Source: Octopus sinensis
Taxonomy: Eukaryota
Direction of reading: 5' to 3'
Length of the DNA stretch: 64,000 nt
Assembly (NCBI RefSeq): GCF_006345805.1
Contig: NC_043000.1
Location: 86,366,001-86,430,000, forward strand
The notes beneath the pieces are model-generated. The model made no database searches, was not told the DNA's origin, and saw only the letters and a list, made by a program, of their open reading frames with translations. Positions 1-13,460 of the stretch are shown here, piece by piece (the first letter of the stretch is position 1; every line of letters begins with the position of its first letter). The translations under genes and the position numbers were made by a program.

Positions 1-137
1 GGGAATAAGAAGGAAAGAGAATCATTGACAATAACATATCAAATATGCAGTGAGTCCTTGTAATATGAACAAATAAATAAGCACTAAGACAAACATAATC
101 CAGGTTGTATACACCCACATAATAATTTATAATAATC

Positions 138-1017
138 TAAGAAGTTTAATAGAAAAAGAAAATATCAGGATCGTTACTATGGTGAAGAGTGAAGCTGCTT
201 GGCAAAGACTGATCTTGGACTTTGTCACACATACACACTAAGTTATAATGTTCTTGCTCACTTTACTTTCAAGCAGTGCCTGGAAGTAAAGTGTGTAGTG
301 TGTGGTTGTCTCACTGAGAAAACTGAGCAAGGAATCTGCATCAAATTTTTCCAAAACCTTGGCGATATCTGTGCAGAAACTTATGAAAAGTTGCAGAAAG
401 CATATGGAGAGGAGTGTATGAGTGGGACGTGAGTGTACAAATGGTTCAAATGTTTCCAAGATGGCTTACAAAATGTTGTCAGAGATGCATGTTCTGGGAG
501 TCCTGCAGCCAGAACTGATGAAAACGTTACAGATATGTGCACAGCTGTCCAGAAGGACTGTTGAATCACTGTGCATGAGTTCTTGGAAGATGTGAACATT
601 AGTCATGGTTCAGTTCAGTCCAATATCACTGAAGATTTGAGTATGAGATGTGTGTCTGCCAAATTTGTGCCAAAACTACTTTTGGTTGCAGCAATTTTTG
701 GCAAAGCACAATATTCTCCAGGTCCCACAACCACCATATTCCCTAGACTTTGCCCCTTGCAACTTTTTCCTCTTTCTGAAAATCAAATCCCACTAGAATA
801 GAACAAAATTTCAAGATATCAAAGAAATCTAAGAGAATATGATAAGGCAGCTGCTTTCTATCCCAAAAAAGAAGTTCCAGGAATGCTTCCATTAATGGAA
901 ACAAAGTGTGTGGTTTCAGAAGGGAACCACTTCAAAGGAGATTAAATGCCAAGTTGATATGTGTTGTAGTTTTCTTTTTATAGCACCAGTCTCAATACTT
1001 TGTGATCAAACCTCATA
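138..1017 (+). mobile_element. Internally deleted, degraded mariner transposon
   Basis: Translates to mariner N-terminus (EQGICIKF..ETYEKLQKAYGEECMS..VSAKFVPKLL) joined near 685 to the C-terminus (PPYSLDFAPCNFFLFLKIKSH..QECFH*WK). TIR-like 3' end tttatagcaccagtctcaatactttgtgatcaaacctcaTA ends at 1017; 5' TIR only loosely similar. Confidence 0.85.
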
Positions 1018-1150
1018 TACATTCACTACATCTCCATATTTTTTATTACATTCCAGTTTCTCTAAAGATTTTGCTGTTTCTCACAGACTTCAATTCACAA
1101 CTCAGTAGGAAGCTTGAAATAACAGTAATTCTTTCAAAGTATGAATATAT

Positions 1151-1558
1151 AGGAGTGGCTGTGTGGTAAGTAGCTTGCTTACCAACCACATGGTTCCGAG
1201 TTCAGTCCCACTGCGTGGCACCTTAGGCAAGTATCTTCTACTATAGCCTCGGGCTGGCCAAAGCCTTGTAAGTGGATTTGGTAGACAGAAACTGAAAAAA
1301 ACCTGTTGTATATATGTATATATATATATATATGTGTGTGTATATGTTTGTGTGTCTGTGTTTGTCCCCGCCAACATCGCTTTGTCAAGCGATGGTGGTG
1401 TGCTTACGTCCCCGTAACTTAGCGGTTCAGCAAAAAGACTGATAGAATAAGTACGAGGCTTACAAAGAATAAGTCCTGGGGTCGATTTGCTTGACTAAAG
1501 GTGGTGCTCCAGCATGGTTGCAGTCAAATGACTGAAACAAGTAAAAGAGTAAAGAGTA
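1151..1558 (+). mobile_element. tRNA-derived SINE, family A
   Basis: A-box/B-box-like head (tggctgtgtggtaag..gagttcagtccc), ccttaggcaag body, internal (TA/TG)n, tail ..gactgaaacaagtaaaagagtaaagag. The head recurs at least five more times in the window. Confidence 0.85.
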
Positions 1559-1879
1559 TATATACATACCTAAGCTACAATTTAAGTGTTTAATTAACAG
1601 AATTTCCACTATCTTCTTGCCTAATCATTATGCAAGAATATATTCTGCCATACCATATTATTTGACTAGGGAAAATACAATAGTCTAATTTTTCTGGATT
1701 GCAGCTAGATACATAAGGCATTACTGCTACTTAAACTCTGAAATTATTAGTTTTATTATAAACATTAGCATTTATTGGTTTGTAACTATTGTCTATCTAA
1801 ATACATAGCATCATTTTTCAAATTGAAGACACTTATGTTCACTTCCAAATCATTGGGATACATTTTTCAAAATAAATAT

Positions 1880-2091
1880 TGATTTCAAATTTGGCACAAG
1901 GCCAACAATTTTGGGGAAGAGGTAAGTCAATTACATTGAGCCATGTCCAACTGGTACTTATTTAATTGACATTGAAAGAATGAAAAGCAAAGCAAACCTT
2001 GGTAGAATTTGAACTCAGAATGTAAAGAAGGATAAAATGTCTCTAAGCATCATTATGCCTTTTGTGCTTATTATTCTGCCAGCTTGCCATT
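1880..2091 (-). mobile_element. tRNA-derived SINE, family B (degraded)
   Basis: Homologous to the cleaner copy at 31620-31836 (aactggtactta..gaatttgaactcagaa..ctgccagct). Confidence 0.7.
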
Positions 2092-2155
2092 TTATTTTAT
2101 GAAGTAAATATTAAAACTCACCATAATTAGGAAAAAAAAATCATATATATATATA

Positions 2156-2312
2156 TCATCATCATCATCGTTTAACATCCGCTGTTCATGCTAGCATGGA
2201 TTGGATGATTTGACTGAGGACTGGCGAACCAGATGGCTGCAATCTGATCTGGTAGAGTATCTACAGCTGGATGCCCTTCCTAACACCAACCACTCCAAGA
2301 GTGTAGTGGGTG
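2156..2312 (-). mobile_element. RTE LINE 3' tail fragment
   Basis: Reverse complement of the 3' end of the intact RTE (gaagggcatccagctgtaga..ccatgctagcatg..gttaaacgatgatg). Confidence 0.8.
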
Positions 2313-2317
2313 CATAT

Positions 2318-2393
<76 letters not shown>

Positions 2394-3229
2394 ACAGTAA
2401 TCACTTAACTTTAGTTGCTTAATCAAACCAATTGTATTTTGTTTGTAAACCATTAAAAAAAAACTAAACTCACTTGATGATAAATATAAATCTGTGAATA
2501 AAGGAGTATAGTTCCTAACCATAGGAATACCCAAAACTTGTTTAATCACAATCTGTAAATGAAATATATGAATTAATAATAAAATCAGTTACCTCTTTCA
2601 GCTTCTCTTTTATTCTCCCATTGTATATCCATATTTTGCCTTTGTCAAGAAACCTCTGCCATTTGTTATTGATATGTATTTCTAATTTTTACCACACACT
2701 AAATCCACAATTTATATTTCTTATATTCTATCAGTTTAAAAACTAAATTTGTATATAGCATAGAATGATCATACACATGCATTGTATTAATTTCTTTTAT
2801 ATCATTGAGCTTATCCAAGAAATTTAAAGTGAGATCTAATACTTCACAATAATTTCTCACCAAAAGTTTTGTATGTTGCATTGCAACACATTACACAAGC
2901 TGTTGAGCAGCACCAAATGCATTGTAAACTAAAACTGCACCCTATCTATTAGCATTCTCTCAAGCAACAGATATGAATCTATTTTAATACAGTGTTTTAT
3001 GTAATTCTGGATTCCAAAATAATTCTGGAAAGCGTCTGTTCTCTTCCTCCATGCTAAAACTGGTTAACTTCCCTACTTCTGGTACTAACTTAACAATCAG
3101 TATACTAATACACACACACACACACACACACAAGGGAAAAGTACTTAATATAGAAAGTTAATAACTGCAGTTTTAATATTTTCAATGGTAGCATTTTCAT
3201 CTTTGGATGTCTATAAAAACATGTTGGAT

Positions 3230-3470
3230 TTAGATGGATTGAAACATGAGCTAAAATCACTTGATGCTGCAAATTTTGGTAAGGCAAATGTCAAACATTC
3301 AAGAAGTTGTAGACATAATATGGGAGCTTGAACGAAATCAAGCTCTGGTCAAAGTAGCAAAATGACTATGTCTGATTCTGACCCTACCTTCCACATCTGC
3401 TTCCTGTCAGAAATCCATTGCAAAATGAGCAGCTGTCAAAGTTTACCATATACCTTACTACCAATTTCAT
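3230..3470 (+). pseudogene. hAT transposase C-terminal dimerisation-domain remnant
   Basis: Frame from 3294 reads NIQEVVDIIWELERNQALVKVAK*LCLILTLPSTSASCQKSIAK, matching the hAT motif LxTLPxTSASxERSFS. Confidence 0.6.
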
Positions 3471-3899
3471 ACCTGACGACCTAATAACAGAACTAACAGC
3501 TTAAAAATGTACCTAATTTAAAAATGTCTTCCTGATTTAATAATCACAACACTAGCTTTAAATACAATTTCCCGGTGCTGTAAAATGTAGGGTATTGAAT
3601 TAATGGTGAAGATTAATAAACAGGAAACAATATCATCCAGTTGATCCCTCTTTTACTACCCACAGTGAAATTAGATATTAACCACTGTCTCATGTATCTA
3701 GCAAATTTAATCAAATTGATGAAGATCTTAGGATATATCTCATAGTAATCATTAATATGAAAAATTAATGATGTTGGTATATCAGTAATACTTGCATATA
3801 TATAAAAGGGGCTGCTCCCCAAAAGTATACACAATGAATGATTATAAAGTCGGAGTTTATTAAAATACATTTCATTTTCAAAACTTAATAGAATCTACA

Positions 3900-4790
3900 G
3901 GCATAATTTAATCCTTTTATGAATATCTGTTTTCAAACTGATGATCCTTCTGGCCCAGGCTCTTCTGATAACACAAAACAATGGAGTTGCAAGCTTCAAG
4001 AAACATTTCTTTTGACATTAGTATGCTTTTTTATTCAATGGCTGCCCTCAATTTGCTTTGGTTTTGTTTAAGAATCCTCATTAAAAAGCATCTAGTGGTG
4101 TGAGGTCTGGTGAACATGGAGGATATTCTACTGAACCTCCTTATCCAGTCCACCTATTTGGCAAAATCTCATCAAGGAAGGTCCTTACATTACTATGTAG
4201 CTTGCTGGAATTAAAACTCCATATCTTCAAAGTCCTCTTTGGCAAGATAGATTCTCACAGTAAGTTCAAGTGAATGGGACCAGTCACAGTACCATTAAAA
4301 AAGAATGGTTCAATTAATTCTTTTGATGATAAGGTACAACTGCTGGTAAATCCACATCATGTTTTCCCATAATCTGTGGATTCACAGGTCCTCAGTAGGT
4401 GGAATTGTGGTGGTTAATCAAGTCATTTAATTTAAATGGAAACTCATCATTTCAAACAGTTTTTTTGCAACACACCTTGCCAAGCACCACTCACAAAACA
4501 TCACTGTTCAGTCTGAATCATCTTCATTGAAAGCATGGACTATTCTTGGAATGCCATATTTCCAACAACAGTGCTTTAAAATGTAATAGATGCTTGATTT
4601 TGAAATCCCTATTTCACGACTCACTTGCTGTACAGATTTTCATGAATTCAGGCAATATGTTTTTAGTGCCCTCTCCTGCTTTGAGAGGTTCATCAATATC
4701 TACAATCTTCCAGAACTTATCTTCAGTTCAAGTGATGGTAAGTGGTATCAATAGATCTCTCTGAAACTCACTTCTAAACTATCTTTACAA
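3900..4790 (-). pseudogene. Tc1/mariner-superfamily transposase remnant
   Basis: Minus-strand motifs NDEFPFKLNDLINHHN (cf. SDEAxFxLNGxVNRHN) and GGSVEYPPCSPDLTPLDAF (cf. WPPRSPDLTPLDFFLWG), with many stops. Confidence 0.75.
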
Positions 4791-4944
4791 TTTGAGTTTT
4801 CAGACTCCCAGTAGCACTTTAGGACAAATTTATAAGCTTTAGTTTGATTCCTTACTTTATTTTTAATGGGTTAAATCTAAAAAGATATGGAAATTGAGTT
4901 ATCAACTTTTAAAGTGTGTATACATTTTTTGCGACATCCTCTGT

Positions 4945-4975
<31 letters not shown>

Positions 4976-5400
4976 AGACTGAGTGAAAGAGAGAGATAGA
5001 AAAAGAGAAAGAGAGAGTGAAAGACAGAGAGAGAGAGAGAGAGAGAGAGCTTTTGTATGAAAAATAAACACTGTCTACTAGTCTGTTTTTTATGTAACAG
5101 AACTAACAGCTAAAAATCTATTTAATATACAAATCAGACCAACAACAGCAGCATTGAATACAATATCACAGCGGCTACAATATGTAGAGTATCCAATTGG
5201 TGACAAAAGTTAATAAACTAGAAACAGTGGCATCCTAGCCAATGCTTATTTTAAAGTCCATAGTAAGGACATTTACCATTGTCTCATATATCTAGTAAAT
5301 TTAATTAATTCACATAATTAGTGTTAGCTTCAAATAAATGGATATACTCCATAGTACAGGTCAGTATGAAAAATAAACACTGCTGGCACATCAGTAATTT

Positions 5401-5600
<200 letters not shown>

Positions 5601-6079
5601 TCTGAAACAATTGCCATTTACTGTTACATAGTATTTTATTGCACTTTTAGCAACTTTCTTCTTAAAATCATTAATTAGATATTATTAATTAAATACTTGA
5701 GATTGCTTATCATGTTGAGTGGTAGTAAGAGGTTAGCTTATAAAGTTGTATGGGGGAAACCATTTAGTGGATGTTCTAGTGGTGTGGTGATGGTGATACA
5801 AAATAGTAAATATTAAAATCAGAAATAAATTAAGAGAATTTTTGATTATTTAATTCAGCAAATACATTAATTGGAAAAATTTGGGAATTGAAATAAAATT
5901 AATTGGAAGTGAGTTGTTGAGAGAATTATTAATTTTAACACATACTTTTAATAGTAGCTTTGAATTTCACAAAATTTATTTAAATAATAAAGACACGATA
6001 GTTTTCTTTGTATATTATTTTATCATTGCCTTTTGAGTTCGAAACATGTGACATATATTAATGTGGATATGTGTCTTTA

Positions 6080-6360
6080 TGAAAAAGAGGAGGGGCAGAG
6101 AATGGGGGAGTGGAGTGGAGAGTGGTGGGGAGCAAGGGAGTAGAAACAGAAGGTGGAGAGAGAGAGGGTGGAGAGACAGATGGTGGAGGGAGTGAAGGGG
6201 TAGAGAGAGAAAGAGTGGAGAGAGTTTAGTGAGAGTGGGGGCAGAGCGAGAGGGGTGGGGAGAGTGAGAGAGAGGTGGGGAGAGTGAGAGAGAGGGGTGA
6301 GGAGAGTGCGATAGAGGGGTTGGGAGAGTGAGAGGTGGTGAAAGAGAGGGAGAGAATATA
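6080..6360. repeat. G/A-rich low-complexity polypurine tract
   Basis: About 280 bp of gagagg/gtggag-type sequence with almost no C. Confidence 0.8.
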
Positions 6361-7276
6361 TAAACATTTGTACAATAAGGTAATAACCTCTTTCTGGTGT
6401 TAACAACATTCTGAGTTTTTAAAATTTTTAATTTGAATTTTCATACAGGAATTTTTTAACTAGTAGAAAAGTTATGTATGGTAAAGTTAAATGAAGAAAA
6501 AGTAAACTGGAGCCAAACATTTTGGATATAGAATCAAAAAATGCTATATAAATATTATGTAGAATTGATAGTCAAAATATATTCTTTGTTTGTTCATTCA
6601 TTTTACATCCATTTTTCTTTCTTGGTATGAATTTGATGAATATGGTATTGAAGCATTGTATTACAATTGGTTATTCTTCCTGATGCTAATTTCTATCAGT
6701 CTTTTTTTTTTTTTTCAAGTAAAGAATATCTTATTCCACATTGCTTTAAGGCATGAAGTAAGCAGATGATTTATGGATGGGAGAAATGCCAACACTCTAT
6801 GTAAATAATATAAATAATCAGATATTCCTAGAATATTTTGAGGAGTATTTCCAATATCTAAGACTCAGTTGAAGGAAACAAGTTAAACAGATAAAAATTA
6901 TTTGGCCATAAATTTTAACTTTAAGATTAAATCTTAGCTAAAAATAACAAGAAGATATGATGTCTAAATGAGGAATTTTCAACTTGTTGAAAAGACAAAT
7001 TTTTGAAATATAAAATTTCTTGCTTAGTAATCATTAATGGAGAAAGAATTTCATCTTCCCAGCTGCAATAGTTTTTGTGATATGGAGCAAGCAGACACTC
7101 TAGTAATCAATGAAGCAAACAAACATGACAAAAGTAGAGGCACTTCATGTCTTAATGGATAGAGAGAATAATGGTAATTGAGTGAAAAGGAAAGAGAAAT
7201 GCAGGGCTTGAATAAACACACACACACACACGAGCATGCACACACATACATACACACACACACACAAACACACAAG

Positions 7277-7309
<33 letters not shown>

Positions 7310-7960
7310 GAAATAGATACCATCTTCTCAACTTACAGGTCATTACACGACATATCACTTTTCAAATAGTTGAAAGTTATATACCCTTACAATTTAGAGT
7401 TAAATAACCAGGAAGACATTTAGTATTTTCTTTCCAGTAGTTTTTGTATTCATAGCTTGATAGTTTGTAGTGATGCATAGTTGAAAAGTAAATGAGAACA
7501 TGTGAAACACTGGAAAAGAACATAACACATACCTATATATATTCGTGTCTGAATGTGTGATTGTTTTTTCTTTTTTGATGTGTACAAATGTTTACACCCT
7601 CACACAGTATTTTAGATTACACATAAACTCACACAGTTATCAGAGGTAGAGTATGTTCTGAAAGTACAGTAGATAATGTTAGGCTAGTGGAAAAAGTTCA
7701 AGGACCTATTGCCTTCTGCTGGTAGCAAAAAGTTTCTCCCAAGAGTAAAAGGAAGGTTGCATGATATTTGTGTGCAATGAAGGATGTCAGATGGATGGAA
7801 AAAAGAAAAAAGAAAGAACCTGCTAAGCAGTCCAAGTAGAAGGAGCTTGCAGAAGAGGATGATCAAGGAAGATTTGACAAGAAGTAGTGACTACTAATTT
7901 TAGAATATGATCATGCAAGAAATGAAAAATGACTGTACCAGGTTTAACAAAATGTGTATG

Positions 7961-7961
7961 T

Positions 7962-8033
<72 letters not shown>
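7961..8033. repeat. (GA)n microsatellite
   Basis: Directly visible. Confidence 0.95.
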
Positions 8034-8035
<2 letters not shown>

Positions 8036-8796
8036 ATGTGCTGTATTTTGAGGCATGGAAGACATACTTTTTTTGAGAAAAAGTACCTTGAAAATTATCA
8101 TGCATCTTCCACTATGCTAGTTGAGAAATTGTTGCTGTGGATTTCTAAAATCAATGGGGTGCTTGGAAACAGTTGTAGTTAGGTGCTGAAAGCTAATAGG
8201 TCATTACATGAATGATCACAGGACAGTTGAAGTGAAGAGTCTACTGTTTCCTACTACAGTGATACCCCGCAGCAAACCACCATTGTTTGATGATCACATT
8301 CAGTGATGGGCATGACTACTCCACTAGTGAGTACTTGAAATAGGAAAATAAAGCAGTTTTATTGTGGAGTAGGAGAAGAGATGCTTTCCAAAATTACTTT
8401 GGATTCCAAAGTTCCATAAACTACAGTATAAAAATAGATTCCCAGCTGTTGCTATAGAGGATGCTAATAGCTATGGTGCAGTCTTAATTAATGCAGCATC
8501 AAATGTTGTTCAAATAACTTTTGTAATGTCTTGTGATGCGGTATGCAAATCTTTTAGTGTAGAAGATCTATCCAACCAATACAAGCATAAAAAATTAATG
8601 TAAAGTGATGAGCATATTGAACACACATTTATACATATACACTTATATACATGTATTTTGTACCTTAAGTTATATACACAGGCTGTAGGTATGTATGTGC
8701 CCAATGCATACATCTAGATTTGTCAATAGATGAGACATATGGTAGTGCTTAATTAAGCAATAAGCAGTTCTCCAGGCAATAACAGAGAAATTTAAG

Positions 8797-10277
8797 TCAG
8801 GCTGCCCCTGGGAGCTCCTCTATGCTGATGACCTTGCTCTTGTAGCTGAATCACTACCAGAACTAAAGAAGTTTCAGGTGTGGAAGATAGGTCTAGAATC
8901 GAAAGGCCTTAGAGTTAACCTAGCAAAAACCAAAATCTTAGTAAGTAGGAAAGCAGAGAAATCACAAATCCCTCCAGGTAGATAGATGACCCTGCATGAT
9001 ATGTAGAAAAGGCATAGGTAAAAACTCTATAGATGCACCCGATGTAAGTTATGGATATATAAGAGGTGCAGTAATATCAGAGGAAGGTTAACAGGGAAAA
9101 TAGTTTTTGTGTGTGGAAGGTGCACAGGTGCAATTAACACTAAAAACATACAGGAGATAGATTCCATCACATGCCAGTGGGAAAAACTATTAGTTGATAG
9201 CTTCCATTACCTAGGTGACCAGGTCAGTAGCGGGCGTGAATCCTCTCAGACCGTAGCTGCTAGAATACGAATAGGCTTGGCAAAGTTCAGAGAGCTCCTA
9301 CCTCTGCTGGCAACAAGGGCCTCCCCACTCAGAGTGAAAGGCAGACCATATGATGCCTATGTGTGAACAGCCATGCTACATGGCAGTGAAACATGGGCTG
9401 TGACTGCTGAGGACATGTGTAAGCTTGTAAGAAATGAAGTTAGTATGCTTTGCTGGATGTGTAATATCTGTGTATGCATAACAGAGTGTAAGTGTCCTGA
9501 GAGAAAAGTTAGGCATAAGAGGCATCAGATAAGGTGTGCAAGAGAAATAACTGTGCTGGTATGGTCATGTGATGCGTATGGACAAGGACAGATCTGTGAA
9601 GAAGTGTCACACTCTAATGGTGGAGGAAACCTGTGGAAGGGGTAGACCCAGGAAGACATGGGATGAGGTGGTGAAGCACGGTCCCCAAATGTTAGGCCTT
9701 ACAGAGGCAATGACAAGCGACCGAGACCTTTGGCGATATGCCATGCTTGAGAAGACCCGGCAAGCCTAGTGAGATCATAATCATGGCTGATGCCAGTGTC
9801 ACATAACTGGCCTGTTAAAAGCACCCTTCAAATGTTGGGTGATATGCTGTGCTTGTGAAGAGCTGTTGAGCCGAATGAAATCATAGTCATGGCTGATGAC
9901 AGTGTTGTCTGACTGGCACCCATGCCGGTGGCATGTAAAAAGCACCATTTGAGCATTGGGCCTCATGGAAGCAGTGACAGGTGACTGAGACCTTTGGCAA
10001 TATACTGTGCTTGTGTAGACCTGTCAAGCCAAGGGAGACCATAGTTATGGCCAATGTTGGTGTCAAGTCAATGGCACCCATGCCAGTGGTACATAAAAAA
10101 AAAACACTCACTACACTCTTGGAGTGGTTGGCATTAGGAAGGGCATCCAACTGTAGAAACCTTGGCAAATCAGATCAGAACCTGGTGCAGCTCCCTGGCT
10201 TACCAGTTTTCAGTCAAATCATCCAACTCATGGCAGCATGGAAAATGTATGTTAAATGATGATGATGATGATGATGA
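8797..10277 (+). mobile_element. 5'-truncated, mutated copy of the RTE LINE
   Basis: Starts at caggctgcccctgggagctcctctatgctgatgac (CPWELLYADD), colinear with 43878-44857, then 3'UTR and (GAT)n tail. Confidence 0.92.
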
Positions 10278-10439
10278 AGTTTTAAAAATCAGAGCGGCAA
10301 TACAGCTGATATGTTAAATTTAGAACATTATTTAGGAACATGGAATATATCCCACAAAATCATTGTATGTTTACTATCTTATATTGAGACATAGCTAGGC
10401 ATGTTTCTGAAGGCTGTGAATACAACCTGATTTGCTGAC

Positions 10440-11200
10440 TTATCAAGCAAAAGAATGAATAAGGCATCTGGATTGTATTAACATGCAACAAAAGGGTGTC
10501 TGGTTTCTGGTTGCATGTAAATATGACCTAGCTGCTTGGCATCAAACATGCATTACCACCATGAAGAATGATCTTAAACTCATTGTTACACGAGGGAAGG
10601 ACAATCTTGAATCCTTCAATAGCACAAAGAGAGGAAAACTGCAAGGAAACAATCTTGTCTCATTCTCTCTATTCATGAATGACATACACTTAAATCCCTA
10701 AAAGTTGCAGCAAATTCTACACATTACAGTCTCTGATGACCTTTCCTAGCAATCTCCATACATGATGTGTCAAAAACGGCATCACAAAGCCTGACCTTTC
10801 TGAACACTTTCTATGCTCCTACAAAACTCAAGTAAAACCAGCTATGAAAAACTGCTTCCACTTCTCAGGTGATGTTGATGTTATACTCAAAATACACCTA
10901 GATTGCATCCAAAAGAAAGGCAATGATCTGATTGGCAAAGGTTCCTTTATGCACATTGTCTCCTCCCTTAGCATATTCTACTACTACTACTACTACTACA
11001 GCAGCAGCCTCTACTTCTCTAAACTAGTAATCTGCATATGTTCAATAGCATGGCTCACTTGTACCTTGTTTTATAATCCATACTCTATCCCCCCCTACCC
11101 CTGTTCCTGCACAAACCATAATGCCTTCTTTTTTTCTCCCCAGAATTTTATTCCTCTGGAATTCCCTTATAACATACATTTTTCCTGTTGATAGCACCTT
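10440..11200 (+). pseudogene. Old non-LTR (CR1/L2-like) RT remnant
   Basis: ESFNSTKRGKLQGNNLVSFSLFMNDI resembles the RT motif GVxQGxxLSPxLFxLFxND; heavily degraded. Confidence 0.5.
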
Positions 11201-12039
11201 AAAACTATTCAAAGTGAACATTAATCATATCAATCTCAAAAGTTTCAAAGGACTCTGTTCCAACTTCCAGACTAAACCATACCAAAAATGAGGATCCTCC
11301 TTGTCAATTTTTTGGTTTCCATTTTAGTCATATTTTGTTATTTTACTCAAATATTTTACTACCTTAAGACATTTTGAAAAACAATAGTTTTTTCACTTGA
11401 TTCATTTTCATTTGGTAGTAGCCACTCCCTTTGTGATGCAATTCTGAGCAGCAATGCTTCATGCACAAATAAGTAGAAGGGAAAACTAAGGAGCTAACTA
11501 ACTGATGCAGGGAATTTACATAACTGTACATAATTAATTTTGATGTCTTATAGAAATTGTATTTATATTTGTATCATGTGTTTAAGGATTTTATGAAAAT
11601 TGCATTAAATATGCTGATGGATTAAATATGTCGATAGTTCATGCTTCAATTCCTATAATTGAAATAAATTTCAAACATTTTTGAGGAAGTGTTTCTGAAA
11701 TGACCTTTGATGGTTATAGAATCAAATGTAATCAGTTGTTATTTGTGTGATTATTAAGATATCCTTTGTACATCTATGGTTATAAATATCATGCTCTCAT
11801 TTCTGGCTTTAAGTAAACCATTTGATATAATAATTTGAGGATTTATCTGTCCTACTAACAACACATTTTAGTCATGTAGTCATTATATTTTGCAGTTTAA
11901 TTATATTATTTGTTAATAGTGCAGGATGAAACATTCCCCTGTATTAAAATCATGCTTGTCATGCAGTAAAGTGTAGTATTTAGCTAAATTGATTCTACCA
12001 AGTAACACATGTGCTGTAAAATTTTGATTCATTGCCAAT

Positions 12040-12257
12040 TCAATTCGAGCAGCTTTCAGTATATGATTGATTTTCTGCCAAGACAATTCTATTGGCTATC
12101 ATATGTGCTATAGAATCCTGATATTTTGCCAAATCAATTCCATTGGTTGACATGTGTGTTGTGTAATCTTTTGCAGTTCTTTTCGTTGACACACATGCTG
12201 GATAATCTTGGTTCCTTGTTGACTGGATTCTGCTGAGTACCAATACAGATGCAATGT
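12040..12257 (-). CDS. Candidate terminal exon of the host gene, with a 17-aa internal repeat
   Basis: Acceptor-like tatttaacag|AC, then open frame IASVLVLSRIQ..ESCSN* containing repeats DYTTHMSTNGIDLAKYQ and DSIAHMIANRIVLAENQ. No homology recognised. Confidence 0.3.
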
Positions 12258-13035
12258 CTGTTAAATACTATTGAATATATATATGCAATGTTATCATGAT
12301 ATACAACCAACAAAAACTTTGTTTTCTTCCACATACAGACATACTGGACACATGTGATTAACTTAGACTTATAACAGAATTTCCATTCATGAACTGAATT
12401 TTAGCTTTGAGTTTTGACTAATCTACTGAGCCTAAGCTTTTTAGTTTCACCACCGCACTGACCATTGACAAAAGAATATAGCACTAACAATTTATATAAA
12501 CTGAGCTACAAGTTGCAATTATTGCAGAACTGGGAGACAAAGCACCAAAGCTATTTATAAACTTGTCAGCGTGTACATTTACTGAAACAAAAGTAGCTTA
12601 TTGCTTAAGTTACCATCCACATTCTATTTTATCTCTTTGGTAATCTTTAAAAAATTTTCTCTCTGCAAAAATCATTTAATTTCCAAACTACCTCTTCCTA
12701 AATGATAATAAAAATGAGAAGTATTTAAGAATCTAAACTGTTAAGCTTCAAATGGAACTTTTCATAGTCATTACATATTAGCAGAAATCAGGATGTAAAC
12801 TGTAAAAGAAGTATCAATAATGATAATAAAGATAATCCTTTCTACTATAGGCACAAGGTTTTAAATTTTGCAGGTGGGGGCTAGTCCATTACATAACAAC
12901 AATAATTAAAAAATAAAGGTAATGATAACAACAATGATGCATTTAATCAAAGTGTCAAGGAAAACAAAAAAAAACACAGAAATGCCAGGAGAATTAAAAG
13001 AGAATTAAAATTCATTGTATACAGGTTGTTAGGAT

Positions 13036-13460
13036 TACAGTATGAGGGCTACTATAGGGACAGTATATATGGTGTATGGTAAAAGTATATAGGCTATTGT
13101 GGTAATAGTATATAGGCTACTATGATAATATATAGACAGCTATCTTAATAGCACTTAAGTTACTATAGTAATAGTATATAGGTTACTATGCTAAGAGAAT
13201 TCAGGCTACTATAGTAATAGTATATAGGCTACTATTTAATAGTATACAGGTAACTATAGTAATAGGCTACTATGGTAATAGTATATAGGTTGTTATGGTA
13301 ATAAAATATAGGATACTATGTTAATATTATATAGTCTACTATAGTAACAGTACATAAGCTATATTACAATAGTATATAGTCTACTATGATAACAGTGTGT
13401 ATGCTATATTGCAATAGTGTATAGGCTACTATGGTGATAATTTATAGGCTGCTATAACAA
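13036..13460. repeat. Degenerate 23-bp minisatellite, consensus AGGCTACTATAGTAATAGTATAT
   Basis: Roughly 18 diverged tandem units visible. Confidence 0.85.

Noticed and set aside
7051-7160. Minus-strand terminal-exon-like frame HEVPLLLSCLF..QLGR*
   Set aside because: No homology or linkage evidence; compatible with chance.
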